The notes: generated from the letters alone by a model not told the origin. A stretch of 64,000 nucleotides of DNA from Candidatus Bathyarchaeota archaeon (GCA_963714275.1 CAVQNT010000003.1:64001-128000); one strand, 5' to 3'; positions 11,580-22,483 are shown, counted from the stretch's first letter. A program made the numbers and translations.

Positions 11580-12509
11580 ATGAAGTATGGACTGTTGATT
11601 AGAAGATATTCTTATCGAGAGATACTTGACCAAGCTCTTCTTGCAGAAAAATATGGTTTTGATTCGGTGCACATTGATGACCACTTTTACAGTTTTGAAC
11701 CGGATAGTAAACAACCCTATTTTGATGCGCTTGTTGTGATGTCAGCCATTGCAGTGGAAACTTCGCGTGTAAAGTTGGGATATAGTGTGCTATGTAACTC
11801 ATACAGAAATCCCGCGTTACTAGCCAAAATGATAACTTCGATAGACCACATATCTCAAGGTCGTGCTCTTTTATGGATTGGAGCAGGATGGCGCCAAGAA
11901 GAATACAAAGCCTACGGCTATCCTTTTCCCACTGCTAAAGAACGTGTTGACCAATACGAAGAAGCAATAACAATTTTTAAGAAACTCTTTACCGAAGAAG
12001 TTACGAATTTTGAAGGGAAATTTTGGAGATTAGAGAAATGCATAAATTTCCCTAAACCCGTCCAGAAGCCCTATCCTCAAATTATTGTTGGTTCTCAAGG
12101 TAATCGAATGCAGACTATTGCGTGCCGAGAGGCTGATGGGATAAACATGTTTGAAAAAGAAGAAGAAGCTCTCAAAGAAAGTGTAAGATTCATCAACAAG
12201 AAATTGAAGAAATTTGGTAGAGATCCATCAAAGTTTGAAATCTCATTACAAAACTCTGTTACTCTGGTTAAAAACGAAGACGAAAAAGACAAAATAGTCG
12301 ATGAAATCCTCAAACAGACTAAAGACGAAAAATTAACAAAGGAAAAAATATTGGAAAACCGACTCATTGGAACTACGGATGAAGTAAGGGGAAGAATGCG
12401 AACCTTAGAGCAAATAGGAGTGAAAAAACTAGTGACACATGTTAGGGGAAGCCCGTCAATCAAAGACCCTCTAAAACTTTTTTACAAAGAAATAATGACT
12501 AATCATTAA
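11580..12509 (+). CDS. LLM-class flavin/F420-dependent oxidoreductase
   Basis: GFDSVHIDDHF, YRNPALLAKMITSIDHISQGR, GAGW, PKPVQKPYP. Confidence 0.92.
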   Translation: MKYGLLIRRYSYREILDQALLAEKYGFDSVHIDDHFYSFEPDSKQPYFDALVVMSAIAVETSRVKLGYSVLCNSYRNPALLAKMITSIDHISQGRALLWIGAGWRQEEYKAYGYPFPTAKERVDQYEEAITIFKKLFTEEVTNFEGKFWRLEKCINFPKPVQKPYPQIIVGSQGNRMQTIACREADGINMFEKEEEALKESVRFINKKLKKFGRDPSKFEISLQNSVTLVKNEDEKDKIVDEILKQTKDEKLTKEKILENRLIGTTDEVRGRMRTLEQIGVKKLVTHVRGSPSIKDPLKLFYKEIMTNH

Positions 12510-12595
12510 ACAAAGTTAAAACAAATTTTTAAAAGCTCAGCTAGTCATCCATCTCAGACACTCAGTTAGTCACTGATATTTCTACGTAAAGAATA

Positions 12596-12648
12596 TTTTT
12601 GGGTTTGGGGATTAAATTTTAATGCATACACACATTTTACGATTGAAT
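12596..12648 (+). repeat. Dispersed element copy B; left arm of a 38-bp inverted repeat (12611-12648)
   Basis: TTTTTGGGTTTGGGG-ATTAAATTTTAAT-GCATACACACATTTTACGATTGAAT. Confidence 0.8.
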
Positions 12649-12878
12649 ATTTAAGCGAAGAAGAAAAAGACGAGTTAAAGTCTATAACGGCTTAATGTAC
12701 CATTACGAAGTTTCACCCTTACTTGATCCTGAAACGATACAGCCAATAATTTTCTCAAAAAAGGAAATTCGCGGAATTGTAAACGAATATTTCAACCTTA
12801 TGAAAAAGTATCATCAGCCAGTTTTCGAGGTCCCATTTTACTTTCTGAAACATCAACAATTGTGTCTAATGTGAGTTA

Positions 12879-13718
12879 TTAGGGTTTCAGTCCCGCCAAT
12901 ATCGCCTGAAAAATGTATTTCGCAGTAGGTCGGTTTTGATAGAGCACCCTCTTCACAAGTCCCACTTGGAGGAATTTCTTCCTAAGCACTGGGCTTGCTC
13001 GCATTAGTTTAAGCAGAACTTTCGTAATTTTGAAGAGATTTTTCCAACCTCCCACATTTTTAATCTTTTCATGAAAATTCGGTTCAGAAAATTGTTCAGC
13101 TACATGAACGTGCTCAAACCCCGCTTGTGTCAACCATTCGACATAGTCAGTAATCAAGGGAATGTGAAATTTATATCCCAATACGGCGGAATATATTTGT
13201 TCTGCTGCTAGAATTTTTGCATCCGCTCTAGCATTTACCTTCGGATCTTTCATGAGTTCCGCCAATGCAATTTGTCCACCAGATTTTAATGCCGAAAAAA
13301 AACCCTCAAATGCACTCTGTTGCAGGAAAAACGCCATAAATTCAGTAATAACCACATCAAAAGTATTGGGTGGAAAGGATAATGCATGTGCATCCCCTAT
13401 TTGGAAATGTAATTTTTCATGGGCTGGCGACTTTGATGCAAGGGTATTGGCAGTGCGTATCGATTCTGGCGATATGTCAATTCCATACACCATTGCTCCT
13501 GTAGTCTCTGCCAAGTGCACGGAAGTACCACCCGCCCCACACCCAACTATTAATACCGTACTGGAATCTGTAATTCGGGCTAATTTGGCGATGAGTTCAA
13601 TCGGTTTATTCCCTTGAGAGTTAAATGATAGCAGCCCCAATTTACTGATTATTTCATACCAAGAAAGACCTTCAAGGTTCTTTGACGTGGCTGCCAAAAA
13701 TTTATCGATCTCTAACAT
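12879..13718 (-). CDS. Class I SAM-dependent methyltransferase
   Basis: VLIVGCGAGGT, GIDIS, GDAHALSFPPNTFDVV. Probable start at ATG 13718 with GAGGT upstream; the ORF track extends to 13766. Confidence 0.88.
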   Translation of the reverse strand: MLEIDKFLAATSKNLEGLSWYEIISKLGLLSFNSQGNKPIELIAKLARITDSSTVLIVGCGAGGTSVHLAETTGAMVYGIDISPESIRTANTLASKSPAHEKLHFQIGDAHALSFPPNTFDVVITEFMAFFLQQSAFEGFFSALKSGGQIALAELMKDPKVNARADAKILAAEQIYSAVLGYKFHIPLITDYVEWLTQAGFEHVHVAEQFSEPNFHEKIKNVGGWKNLFKITKVLLKLMRASPVLRKKFLQVGLVKRVLYQNRPTAKYIFQAILAGLKP

Positions 13719-13836
13719 GCCCAATACCTCAATATCGTGGAAAATGATAACAATGTATTGAAACATTGATTTTTCCCTTAATAATGGTCACTACCTCCCT
13801 TTCAATTTCTAGCTATCAACATGCATTACAATCGAC

Positions 13837-13874
13837 ATTCAATCGTAAAATGTGTGTGTGCATTAAATTTTAAT
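13837..13874 (-). repeat. Dispersed element copy C; right arm of the 38-bp inverted repeat
   Basis: Reverse complement ATTAAAATTTAATGCACACACACATTTTACGATTGAAT matches 12611-12648 at 36/38. Confidence 0.8.
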
Positions 13875-14929
13875 TAAAACTTGCCGTATTTCCACGCTTC
13901 ATCATACATGGCGATGATGTTTTTCACTGATGTAACGGGCTGGATGTTGTGACAAGGAGCTAAGATGTATCCTGTTTTGTCGCTGGCAAGTGCATTAATG
14001 CAGTGCCTGACCTCCGTACGCACCTCCTCCGACGTCCCAAATGGTAGAACTCGCTGATTGTCCACGCCACCGTGAAAACAGAAACTTGCACCAAACTCCT
14101 TTTTCAAGCCTTCGAGGTCCATTCCTGGGCAGGTCCACTGCAGCGGGTTCAAGATGTCTATGCCCATCTCTATGATGTCTGGTATGAAGAGGCGGATGGC
14201 GCCGTCATCGTGGTGGAATACCTTGATCCCGAAGCTGTGCGCCAGGTCGATGAACCTTTGCATGATCGGTCTGTAGAACTCGCGGAAGACTTTCAAGCTG
14301 ATCATAGGTCCTGCCTGGGTGCCAAAGTCGTCTGTCACTTGGGTGACATCGATCAGTCCGTCACATGCCTCAAACATGCGCCGATGCTGTTCATACAAGA
14401 AATTGGCTATTTCCTCCAGCAGTCGACGCGTGAACTCAGGGCGGACAAACGGATCGACCAGAGACGTCTTCAGACCACGAAGCTTGTTATGCTGGAAGAA
14501 AATCGCCATATAACCACACATGACAACCTGCTTTTCGCAACCGGCTTTGGCAGCTGCACGCATCTCCGAGTAATTAAACCAGTCTGCCCTTGGCCATGTG
14601 TATTTCTCCAAATCCTCGATGGTACGGGCATCTGACAGAGGATTATGTGTCATCTCGTCGTATACGCCCATTGCGTAGCTGACCTTCTTTGTGCGGATTC
14701 CCCAATAGTCAATAGTCTCGTCTTCAGCGACCATGGGCAGCTTCGGACCAACATAATTAGGTTCGACACTTGCCATTCCGTCAATATGCAGCTTGGCACG
14801 GACATCTGCTTCCTTGCCGAAATATGCCTTCAGCCTACCCCACACCTCTGGTGTGGTCCAGATATCCGTGGGGATGTGATCCAGCCTTTCATGGTTGAAG
14901 GCTGCAAGCACTCGTTCCCTTGAGTTCAT
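13874..14929 (-). CDS. Uroporphyrinogen decarboxylase / MtaA-CmuA-like family protein
   Basis: MNSRERVLAAFNHE, DDFGTQ, HDDG, FHGGVDNQ, GYILAPCHNIQ. Confidence 0.9.
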   Translation of the reverse strand: MNSRERVLAAFNHERLDHIPTDIWTTPEVWGRLKAYFGKEADVRAKLHIDGMASVEPNYVGPKLPMVAEDETIDYWGIRTKKVSYAMGVYDEMTHNPLSDARTIEDLEKYTWPRADWFNYSEMRAAAKAGCEKQVVMCGYMAIFFQHNKLRGLKTSLVDPFVRPEFTRRLLEEIANFLYEQHRRMFEACDGLIDVTQVTDDFGTQAGPMISLKVFREFYRPIMQRFIDLAHSFGIKVFHHDDGAIRLFIPDIIEMGIDILNPLQWTCPGMDLEGLKKEFGASFCFHGGVDNQRVLPFGTSEEVRTEVRHCINALASDKTGYILAPCHNIQPVTSVKNIIAMYDEAWKYGKF

Positions 14930-15011
14930 AATTGTTCCTCAGCGTCCACCATAATAAATAACTGTTGTCTTAGTGAATAGTAAGATCAAGAAACTAAAAG
15001 TGGTCTAGACA

Positions 15012-16097
15012 TTGAATATTAAGGAAAGAGCGATGGCAGTCTACCATAACGATGAGCCTGACAAGATACCTTGGTTGATCTATGAGGAACTATTCCCTAG
15101 AGGCTACATGGATCGACAACTAAGAAACAAAGGTTTAGGTCTAAAGGTTTCAGCAGTCGTTTTTAGAGAAGAAACCCCACATGTACGCGTTGAAACCAGA
15201 ACGGTCGGTGATTATACCTATCGGACCTTCCACACCCCCGTCGGTGATCTAACAACGAAGGAACGAATAGGACTAGCTGAAGGAGCCGGCGCCTCCTGGC
15301 TTATAGAGCATCCTGTAAAGGATGTTTCGGATTTCGCGGTAGCTGAGTACATGATAGAAGACACCGTTTATGTGCCCGATAATGATCTGTTCCTGAAAGC
15401 TGAACGGAACATCGGTGATGACGGAATAGTCTTCGTCTGGGCTGGACGTTCCCCTCTGCAAAAGATGCAGGTCGAGTTAATGGGGTACAGAACCTTTGCC
15501 ATCGCAATGTACCAGTTTCGGAAAGAATTCCAAAGCCTTCATAGAGTGTTAGAGAAGAAAGCAAACGAACGGTACAAGCTAATTTCTGAGTCTCCGGCTA
15601 AGATTATTAACGGAGGGGACAACATAAACAGCGAGATCGTGAACCCACGACTCTTCGACCAGTACATCGTCCCATTCTATGAGAGACAAGCTAGCCTCCT
15701 CCACAAGAAGGACAAGATCCTCGAAGATCACATGGACGGCAAGCTGAGGCATCTGAAAGACGCAATCGCCAAAATGGACTTGGACGCAATCGAGGCGTTC
15801 ACTCCACCGCCGATGGGAGACCTCCCACTAGTCGAAGCCAGATCAGCATGGAAAGGAAAGATCGTAAGCCTCAACTTTCCCGAATCTGTCTTCCTAGAAG
15901 GCGCCACCGCAGTCAAGAAGCAAACACTGAAGGTGCTGAATGAAGCCGCACCAGGCGACAACTTCATCATTACAGTCACAGAGGACATTCCGTCGGACCA
16001 TCGTTGGACCGGATTGTCAACAGTCACAACAACATTGCGGAAATATGGAGCATATCCATTAACTCATCTTCCACACAGCAGTAGCAGGTCCAATTGA
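15012..16097 (+). CDS. URO-D-superfamily protein (divergent)
   Basis: ERAMAVYHNDEPDKIP, TPVGDL, GDN, HMDG, EAFTPPPMGD. Confidence 0.75.
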   Translation: MNIKERAMAVYHNDEPDKIPWLIYEELFPRGYMDRQLRNKGLGLKVSAVVFREETPHVRVETRTVGDYTYRTFHTPVGDLTTKERIGLAEGAGASWLIEHPVKDVSDFAVAEYMIEDTVYVPDNDLFLKAERNIGDDGIVFVWAGRSPLQKMQVELMGYRTFAIAMYQFRKEFQSLHRVLEKKANERYKLISESPAKIINGGDNINSEIVNPRLFDQYIVPFYERQASLLHKKDKILEDHMDGKLRHLKDAIAKMDLDAIEAFTPPPMGDLPLVEARSAWKGKIVSLNFPESVFLEGATAVKKQTLKVLNEAAPGDNFIITVTEDIPSDHRWTGLSTVTTTLRKYGAYPLTHLPHSSSRSN

Positions 16098-16189
16098 GGA
16101 TTTAGCTGACTAGCGTTGTTTTCAAGTATCAACAAAATTTTATATATTATGAATACATGTGCCTTCATGAGCAAAAAGGAGGATAAAAG

Positions 16190-17402
16190 ATGGGTATGGA
16201 GCAACCAGTTTTTCCATTGAAGGTTAGTAAGAACGGAAGGTTTTTTGTAGATCAGAAAAATAATCCCTTCTTCTGGTTAGGAACTACACAATGGCAAATT
16301 TTTAGGGAGTACACTCTGGACGAAGCAAAGATTACTCTTGAAAAAGTAAAAAGCAAGGGATTCAGCGTCGTTCAAGCGATGCTCTTAGGCGTAAATGGTC
16401 CAATTTACCCCAACGTGTATGGTGAAATGCCTTGGTTAGATAATAATCCTACCTCACCGAACGAGGCATATTTCAAGAATGTGGATTCTAGTTGTAGAAA
16501 TGGCCCGTGAAAAAGGCTTGGTCATTTCGATGACACTTTATCATCAGAGATTCGGAGACTACATGAATCCCAAGAATGCCCGACCATGGGCTAAATGGGT
16601 TGCTCAGCGATACAAGAACGTACCCAACATTATCTGGTCGATGACACCTAAGGCTAATCAAGAGTATGTTCCAATACTTAGGGAGCTGGCAGCGGGTCTT
16701 CAAGAAGGAGATAGCGGTTTCCATATTATTTACTTTAAACCGGATCCTGCACCATTCTCTTCCAGCTTCATCCACAACGAAAGCTGGCTTGCCTTTAACT
16801 CTCTACAGACATGGAAGGATGTTGAATTAATCTACCCAATGGTGACCAACGATTACAACCTTAAGCCTGTGAAGCCCGTGGTCATGGCTGAAGGCGCCTA
16901 TGAAGCAGGCACAGAATATGGGTTTGACGTAACTCCGTTATGGATTCGAAGACAAGCTTATTACTCATACTTGGCTGGAGGCCATCACAGCTACGGGCAC
17001 AACGACAGTTGGCGTGTACTCCCCACATGGAAAAAATCTCTGGACGCGCCAGGCGCCTTCCAGATGAGTATACTACGAAAAATATTTCTGGACCGAGAAG
17101 AATGGTGGAATCTCGTTCCGGATCAATCAGTTTTCGCAAGCGAAGGACAAACCAAGGGAGACATACTGAATCTAGCTGCCCGTCACGAAAAAGGCAAATG
17201 GATTATAACATACTTTGGCAGTAGCACAACTGTTTCCATCAAGATGGATAAAATAACTGCAAGTAACACGGTCAAAGGATCATGGATCGACCCTTCGACT
17301 GGAGAAACTATTTCAATCGGCAATTTTTCAAATAAAGGAGTACAATCCTTTACAACTCCTGATGGATGGGAAGACGCTTTATTGATACTTGAGGCTCTTT
17401 GA
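16190..17402 (+). CDS. DUF4038/GH140 (apiosidase-like) glycoside hydrolase with C-terminal collagen-binding-like domain; frameshift near 16490
   Basis: LKVSKNGRFFV..PFFWLG, KPVVMAEGAYE, IRRQAY, YGHN, WIDPSTG, DALLIL. Confidence 0.8.
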
Positions 17403-17431
17403 ATGTGTAATTAATCTCAAATGGCTGTTAG

Positions 17432-20400
17432 TCATTTTAAGAAGTAGTCTTCCAGAATCTTGTATTGTCTGTAGGCGTCTGGTTTTTCGGACAAGACTAA
17501 ATATGATAATAGTTCCAGCGGGTTCTCCGGATCGACCACTACATCTGTATCGGTGGAAAGGTTTATTCCGAGCATCCCCCAGTCCTGCATTACTGGTCTG
17601 CTTCTCTCAGTGACTGTTGAGATCATAACCAAAGAGTCTCCTGTTTTCTCGTTTGTTGCTTGGAGCCAACTTTCATCTGGTACTATCCAAGCTATTGTCT
17701 GAGTTCTCTTTCTTTTCAAGATCTTTCTGTCTTTACGCAAGTAGGCAACGTTATTTTCTATAGTGCCGCCTGCTTTAACAAAAGTGTCCTGAGTTATTTT
17801 GAAATATAGTCTCGCTGAAGTTAAGTTTGTTATACGAAGTATTCGTGCGATTATTTTGCTTTCTGGTTTGGTTAAGTAGTAGCCCTCTATAGTGATGCCT
17901 TTCAGGTCTATGACGTGTTTTTCCGGTCTTGAGGTGATCTTTACGCCTATCCACCCGTTTCTTTCGGCTTTTTCGCATTGAAACTCCTCATCATACAGTT
18001 TATCGTATCTGTTGTCCCTCCAGGCGGAGAATCTGACGCCACCGAACCATGGGTTTTGAAAACTGTACGGTTTCCGCTCGGGGAAGGCGGATAGAAGATG
18101 GTCAGTCCCTGTTTTTTTGTCGACTAACGAGTAAACGGAGCCCGCTAGGTCGGGGCAGATCTTTATCTGAAGTCTGCCATTGTCTATACAGAAAACCTGT
18201 TTTCCTTGTTCCGTCAACTTTTCAACTTTGACGGTTCCTTTTTGTCCTATGGCAAGCAGGTGGAAAGGAGTCTCGATTGTGGTTAAGTTGCTTTCTATTT
18301 TAATGCTGCCTTCGTAAACTCTTGGGCTGGACAATTTTGGAGTGACAAGAACAGGTTTCTCATAGGGTTTATCCAGCTTTACGTTTTTAATTTTAAATGT
18401 TCTAGGTTTGATTGACAGGCTTGTTGGAGACTTTAAGGTTACATCTCCGCTGAGAGGTTTTTCTCTATTATTGAAAACCGTAACCTTTGCTTGAAAACTT
18501 TCCAGGTCCTCTATTATGGAAGGTTCAATTTTAGCTTCCACAAGCGGCTTTTCCTTTACCTTTTGATACGTGATTTCCTTATTGCCCTGACCTTTAATTA
18601 GAAGTCGCCAGAGTTGACTGACCTTTTGCCAGGTTCCGAACCCTCCGACTAGGTATATGGGTTTAAGTGTGACAGTGGACTGGGGTTCTACAGCTTCAGG
18701 TTTGAATGTAAGTTCAGCAACTCCCATCTTATTCGACACCATGTTCTCTGGATGCCAAAGGATTCCAGAAATTTCACCCGTCTTAGGATATTCAAGACAG
18801 AACCAAGTTTCGGAAAGGCTTTCAGGCTTCTCTGGTATATCAACGGCCCAATATGGAAAGTCTCCGTCAGCCATCGAGGAAAGGATTCCTTGCTTTAACG
18901 GTATCACTAATTTAGCTTCGCTTGTGTTTCCGTAAGTGCCCAATCTAAATTGGAAGTCATGCCTTTTAGTGGATGAAGAGTTCACAAATGAGTATTGAAC
19001 CTTCATAAGTTCTGTGGAAGGGAAAAGCGTCACATCTTTTATAATCCTTAACCCTTCATAGGTTTCTAAATCCGCGTAGAGCCTAGCACGGAGTGCGCCT
19101 TCTTCTTTTAGGATTTCGTAGTGGAAGTCCTTTATCGCTATCTCTGTCGGCCAGAATGGGGGACCTAATGAATCGTTTAACGACGTGGCGTAGAACGTAT
19201 CAAGTAGCTTACCATGAAATGAGTGAAGCCTTCCGCCTCTGTGAAGCCCTATGACGATTCGGGAAACCTCGTTTTCAAGAGTTAGAATCTGTCCGTCATC
19301 CTCAATTGCAGCTAAGACTCCTCCCGGAGCAAAGGATTTAATTTGATAGACTTTCTCTTCGGTTTTAACCTCTTCTTCCCCTGCCTTTAATGTGGCGTAG
19401 AACCGAAGCGGTAAGACTAAGGTTCCCACATTATCGGGTATCCTAATCTTGAACGTTGCACCTGCGTATCCCTCCTTCTCTGTTTCGAAGGGTCGGTTAA
19501 TAGGAGAAATTTGGACAGACGGATGAGGGACCACATGAAGGTTTCCTTTGATGGCTTGTTTAACGTTGCTTTTGATGGTTACTCTCAGTTCGCCTTCGCA
19601 GCCAGAATAGCTAGAGAAGTATTCTGGATCGAAATTCAAGTCAACTGGCTGCTTTACTCTCACGCCGAAGGCAAGCGGAATCATGGTTTCGTTCATGAAA
19701 AGTTTTGTCTCAACTTTGTGTGCGGGATCATCATCGTCTTTCTTTCTAGGCTTCGCATCGATCTTTACTTCGCCTTTCAATGTCACTGTCTTAAAGGGCT
19801 CAACTGTGAAGGTTTCTTGAGGCTTTCGAATGATTTGTAGGTCTTCTTCACAGGACACTAACATTGAGCATTTGATTGGTTCTCCGGTTTTGTTTTTTAT
19901 TTCCCACTCAACTTTCTGTCGGAAGCCTGCTGGAGCTTCATGCTCCGTCGGTCGGCACATAACTGAGATTCGGTTATCTTCTATTCCTGCTATGGCGAAG
20001 ACTTCACGGTCCACTGTTACTTTAAGGATGTCATTGTCTTTCCGCCATTCATAGTAAAAAATTTTCATTCCTTTGTCTTCTAGGTTGTCTTCCTCAACTT
20101 TTAGGTTTCTTTGCATGTTGTTGTACCATTCTGGATGTTTATTGAAGAACTCCTTGGCAACTGGATATCTAAGGATGGCTGGGACATAGTTCTGCATGAA
20201 GACACGGGTTCCAGGCACCCAGAAGAAGCCCATCTTCTTATACAGTGGAACTGCCTTCAGATTTCCCGGCCACGTGTTTATATCTAAACGTTCGAAACCC
20301 AAATTAATGACGTGTTTTACGCATTCGTACAGCAGCCTTCTACCAAAGCCTTGACCGTGATATTTAGGATGAAGGTTCAGAAAAGAAACATATGTAGCAT

Positions 20401-20680
20401 TCTTATCCTTTCGGTGGATACTAACAGTACAAATTCCTATAATACGTCGATTGAAGAAAATTAGTAGCTGAACTAAGGCGTTCTCTCTTTCTAGTTGTTC
20501 CCGCACCCTTTCTGCAGTGAAGGGAACACCTCGAGTTAAGCCTCCAGGGAAATTGTTATCGCTTTCGTTGTAAAGCCTAGCTACGCCCTTAGCGTCACTA
20601 TTTTTGAACGGTCGAATAACTATCTTATCATTGCCAATTTCTTCTTCGTAGCAGGATTTACTCAAACCTTTTTCCTCCAC
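17432..20680 (-). CDS. GNAT acetyltransferase fused to ~900 aa of predicted beta-rich domains
   Basis: N-terminal LHPKYHGQGFG and WPGNLKAVPLYKKMGF acetyl-CoA-binding motifs. Intact 1082-aa ORF. Confidence 0.82.
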   Translation of the reverse strand: MEEKGLSKSCYEEEIGNDKIVIRPFKNSDAKGVARLYNESDNNFPGGLTRGVPFTAERVREQLERENALVQLLIFFNRRIIGICTVSIHRKDKNATYVSFLNLHPKYHGQGFGRRLLYECVKHVINLGFERLDINTWPGNLKAVPLYKKMGFFWVPGTRVFMQNYVPAILRYPVAKEFFNKHPEWYNNMQRNLKVEEDNLEDKGMKIFYYEWRKDNDILKVTVDREVFAIAGIEDNRISVMCRPTEHEAPAGFRQKVEWEIKNKTGEPIKCSMLVSCEEDLQIIRKPQETFTVEPFKTVTLKGEVKIDAKPRKKDDDDPAHKVETKLFMNETMIPLAFGVRVKQPVDLNFDPEYFSSYSGCEGELRVTIKSNVKQAIKGNLHVVPHPSVQISPINRPFETEKEGYAGATFKIRIPDNVGTLVLPLRFYATLKAGEEEVKTEEKVYQIKSFAPGGVLAAIEDDGQILTLENEVSRIVIGLHRGGRLHSFHGKLLDTFYATSLNDSLGPPFWPTEIAIKDFHYEILKEEGALRARLYADLETYEGLRIIKDVTLFPSTELMKVQYSFVNSSSTKRHDFQFRLGTYGNTSEAKLVIPLKQGILSSMADGDFPYWAVDIPEKPESLSETWFCLEYPKTGEISGILWHPENMVSNKMGVAELTFKPEAVEPQSTVTLKPIYLVGGFGTWQKVSQLWRLLIKGQGNKEITYQKVKEKPLVEAKIEPSIIEDLESFQAKVTVFNNREKPLSGDVTLKSPTSLSIKPRTFKIKNVKLDKPYEKPVLVTPKLSSPRVYEGSIKIESNLTTIETPFHLLAIGQKGTVKVEKLTEQGKQVFCIDNGRLQIKICPDLAGSVYSLVDKKTGTDHLLSAFPERKPYSFQNPWFGGVRFSAWRDNRYDKLYDEEFQCEKAERNGWIGVKITSRPEKHVIDLKGITIEGYYLTKPESKIIARILRITNLTSARLYFKITQDTFVKAGGTIENNVAYLRKDRKILKRKRTQTIAWIVPDESWLQATNEKTGDSLVMISTVTERSRPVMQDWGMLGINLSTDTDVVVDPENPLELLSYLVLSEKPDAYRQYKILEDYFLK

Positions 20681-20852
20681 ATACTTTTATGAATTCGTCT
20701 GAAGGATAGTTCCTTTTTTTGCTTCTTTAAAACCTCTATGACATCGCATTATTTGTTCTTTCCTCTTTAACAAGTCTGCGAAAAGGAAGAGAGATAGAAA
20801 AAACTTAAGGTTCAAGTATTATGCGGATCACGGGTTCCAGCTAGTAAATGAA

Positions 20853-22274
20853 TTATAGGTTATACTCTTCCATGTATGTTGGGGCGCTCACTTCCCATCC
20901 GCCCTTAGACTGGAGGTAGCTCTCTAAGGCCAAAATTGGTCCTTCTTCGCCGTGGGTCAGAAAAACATGTTTTGGCGGAGATTTAAAGTTGTTGAGCCAG
21001 CGGTGCAGGTCGTTCATGCCAGCGTGGGCGGAAAAGGCGTCGATCTTTTCGATCTTCATCCTCACTGGAAAGTATTGTCCGAAGATTCTAACTGGGGAAA
21101 CATTATTCAAAATTTGGCGTCCAAGTGTCCCCACTGCCTGGTATCCCACGAAGAGAAGTGTGGATTCTGGACGAGTAATATTCATGGTTAGGTGATGTTT
21201 AATGCGTCCTCCTGTGATCATCCCTGAACCGGCCATGATAATAGTTGATCCTTTTATAAGGTTAATCGCCTTGGACGCTTCAACAGATTCGACGAGCTTC
21301 AATCCCGGAAAATCGAAGGGAGACTGACCATCTTTGAAGAGTCCAAGCGTCTCATTGTTAAGATATTTTTTACATCGTTCAAAGACCTTCGTGACTTCAA
21401 CAGCCATAGGACTGTCGAGAAAAGTCATAATATAAGGGATCCTTTTCTCACGCGCTAAACGGTCTAAATGATAAAGAAGTTCTTGAGCACGCTCGATGGC
21501 GAAGGTTGGGATGAGAAGATTTCCACCCGTCCGCACTGTACTGTTTATGATCGTGCATAGTTGTTCTTCAATGTCTCGGGATATACCATGGTCGCTATCT
21601 CCATAAGTGGACTCCATAACCACGTAATCCGCCCGGTCAAAAACAGAAGGATTGCCGAGCAGAGGCTTGTCCCACTGCCCAATGTCACCAGAAAAAATGA
21701 TGTTTCGTGAACCATTCTCATCTTGGACTACAATCTCAATCATAGCAGAGCCAAGGATGTGACCAGCATCATGGAAACAAACTTTAACTCGGTCATTTAA
21801 CTGTAGATAGTGCTCGTAGGGAACGTCTTTTAGTAAAGGAAAACAGTTCTTGGCATCCTGAACTGTATATAGAGGAATTTCTGGGTAAGGTCCCTTTCGG
21901 CCTTCCTTATCATGCCTTTTTTTCTTGAAAGCAGCATCTTCCTCTTGCATCTTGGCAGAATCCAAAATTACAATCGGAAAAAGCTCTTTTGACGCAGGGG
22001 TCAGCAGGATATCTCCGGTGAATCCTTCCTTGACAAGCTTTGGAATAAGCCCAGAGTGGTCTATATGAACATGGGTGAGAAGAAGATACTGAATCTGGTT
22101 TGGGGGAACAGGGAATTCCTTCCAGTTTCTGTTGGAATAGTCCCGCTCCTGAAACAGTCCACAATCGACAAGGATCTTCAGTCCACCAATATCAAGAAAG
22201 TAGCTTGATCCCGTCACTTGATGCGTTGCGCCTAAGAATTTTATTTTCATGAGCTTTTCCCCTTGCATCGACAT
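20853..22274 (-). CDS. MBL-fold beta-CASP ribonuclease (TTHA0252/YSH1-like)
   Basis: VTGS, THVHIDHSG, AGHILGS, FSGDIG, ESTYG, FSAHA, THGE. Confidence 0.92.
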   Translation of the reverse strand: MSMQGEKLMKIKFLGATHQVTGSSYFLDIGGLKILVDCGLFQERDYSNRNWKEFPVPPNQIQYLLLTHVHIDHSGLIPKLVKEGFTGDILLTPASKELFPIVILDSAKMQEEDAAFKKKRHDKEGRKGPYPEIPLYTVQDAKNCFPLLKDVPYEHYLQLNDRVKVCFHDAGHILGSAMIEIVVQDENGSRNIIFSGDIGQWDKPLLGNPSVFDRADYVVMESTYGDSDHGISRDIEEQLCTIINSTVRTGGNLLIPTFAIERAQELLYHLDRLAREKRIPYIMTFLDSPMAVEVTKVFERCKKYLNNETLGLFKDGQSPFDFPGLKLVESVEASKAINLIKGSTIIMAGSGMITGGRIKHHLTMNITRPESTLLFVGYQAVGTLGRQILNNVSPVRIFGQYFPVRMKIEKIDAFSAHAGMNDLHRWLNNFKSPPKHVFLTHGEEGPILALESYLQSKGGWEVSAPTYMEEYNL

Positions 22275-22483
22275 TGTTTATTTAACGGTTCTTCTAAGCA
22301 TGCTGTCCACTTCATAGTATCATCACAAAGAAGCATTTAAGAAATACACTGATCTTTTAAGCACACTCACTAAGAAAAGCCATGTTGACATTACGAATTG
22401 CCCAAAAGACTAACATCGCCATAAGACTAAATATAAAGTTGACAGATTCCATGTTAAGAACCCCTTTCCTAGAAGGTGACCTT

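Noticed and set aside
20853-22274. beta-CASP nuclease as a defence or mobile-element gene
   Set aside because: It has ordinary TTHA0252/YSH1-like architecture and no defence context.
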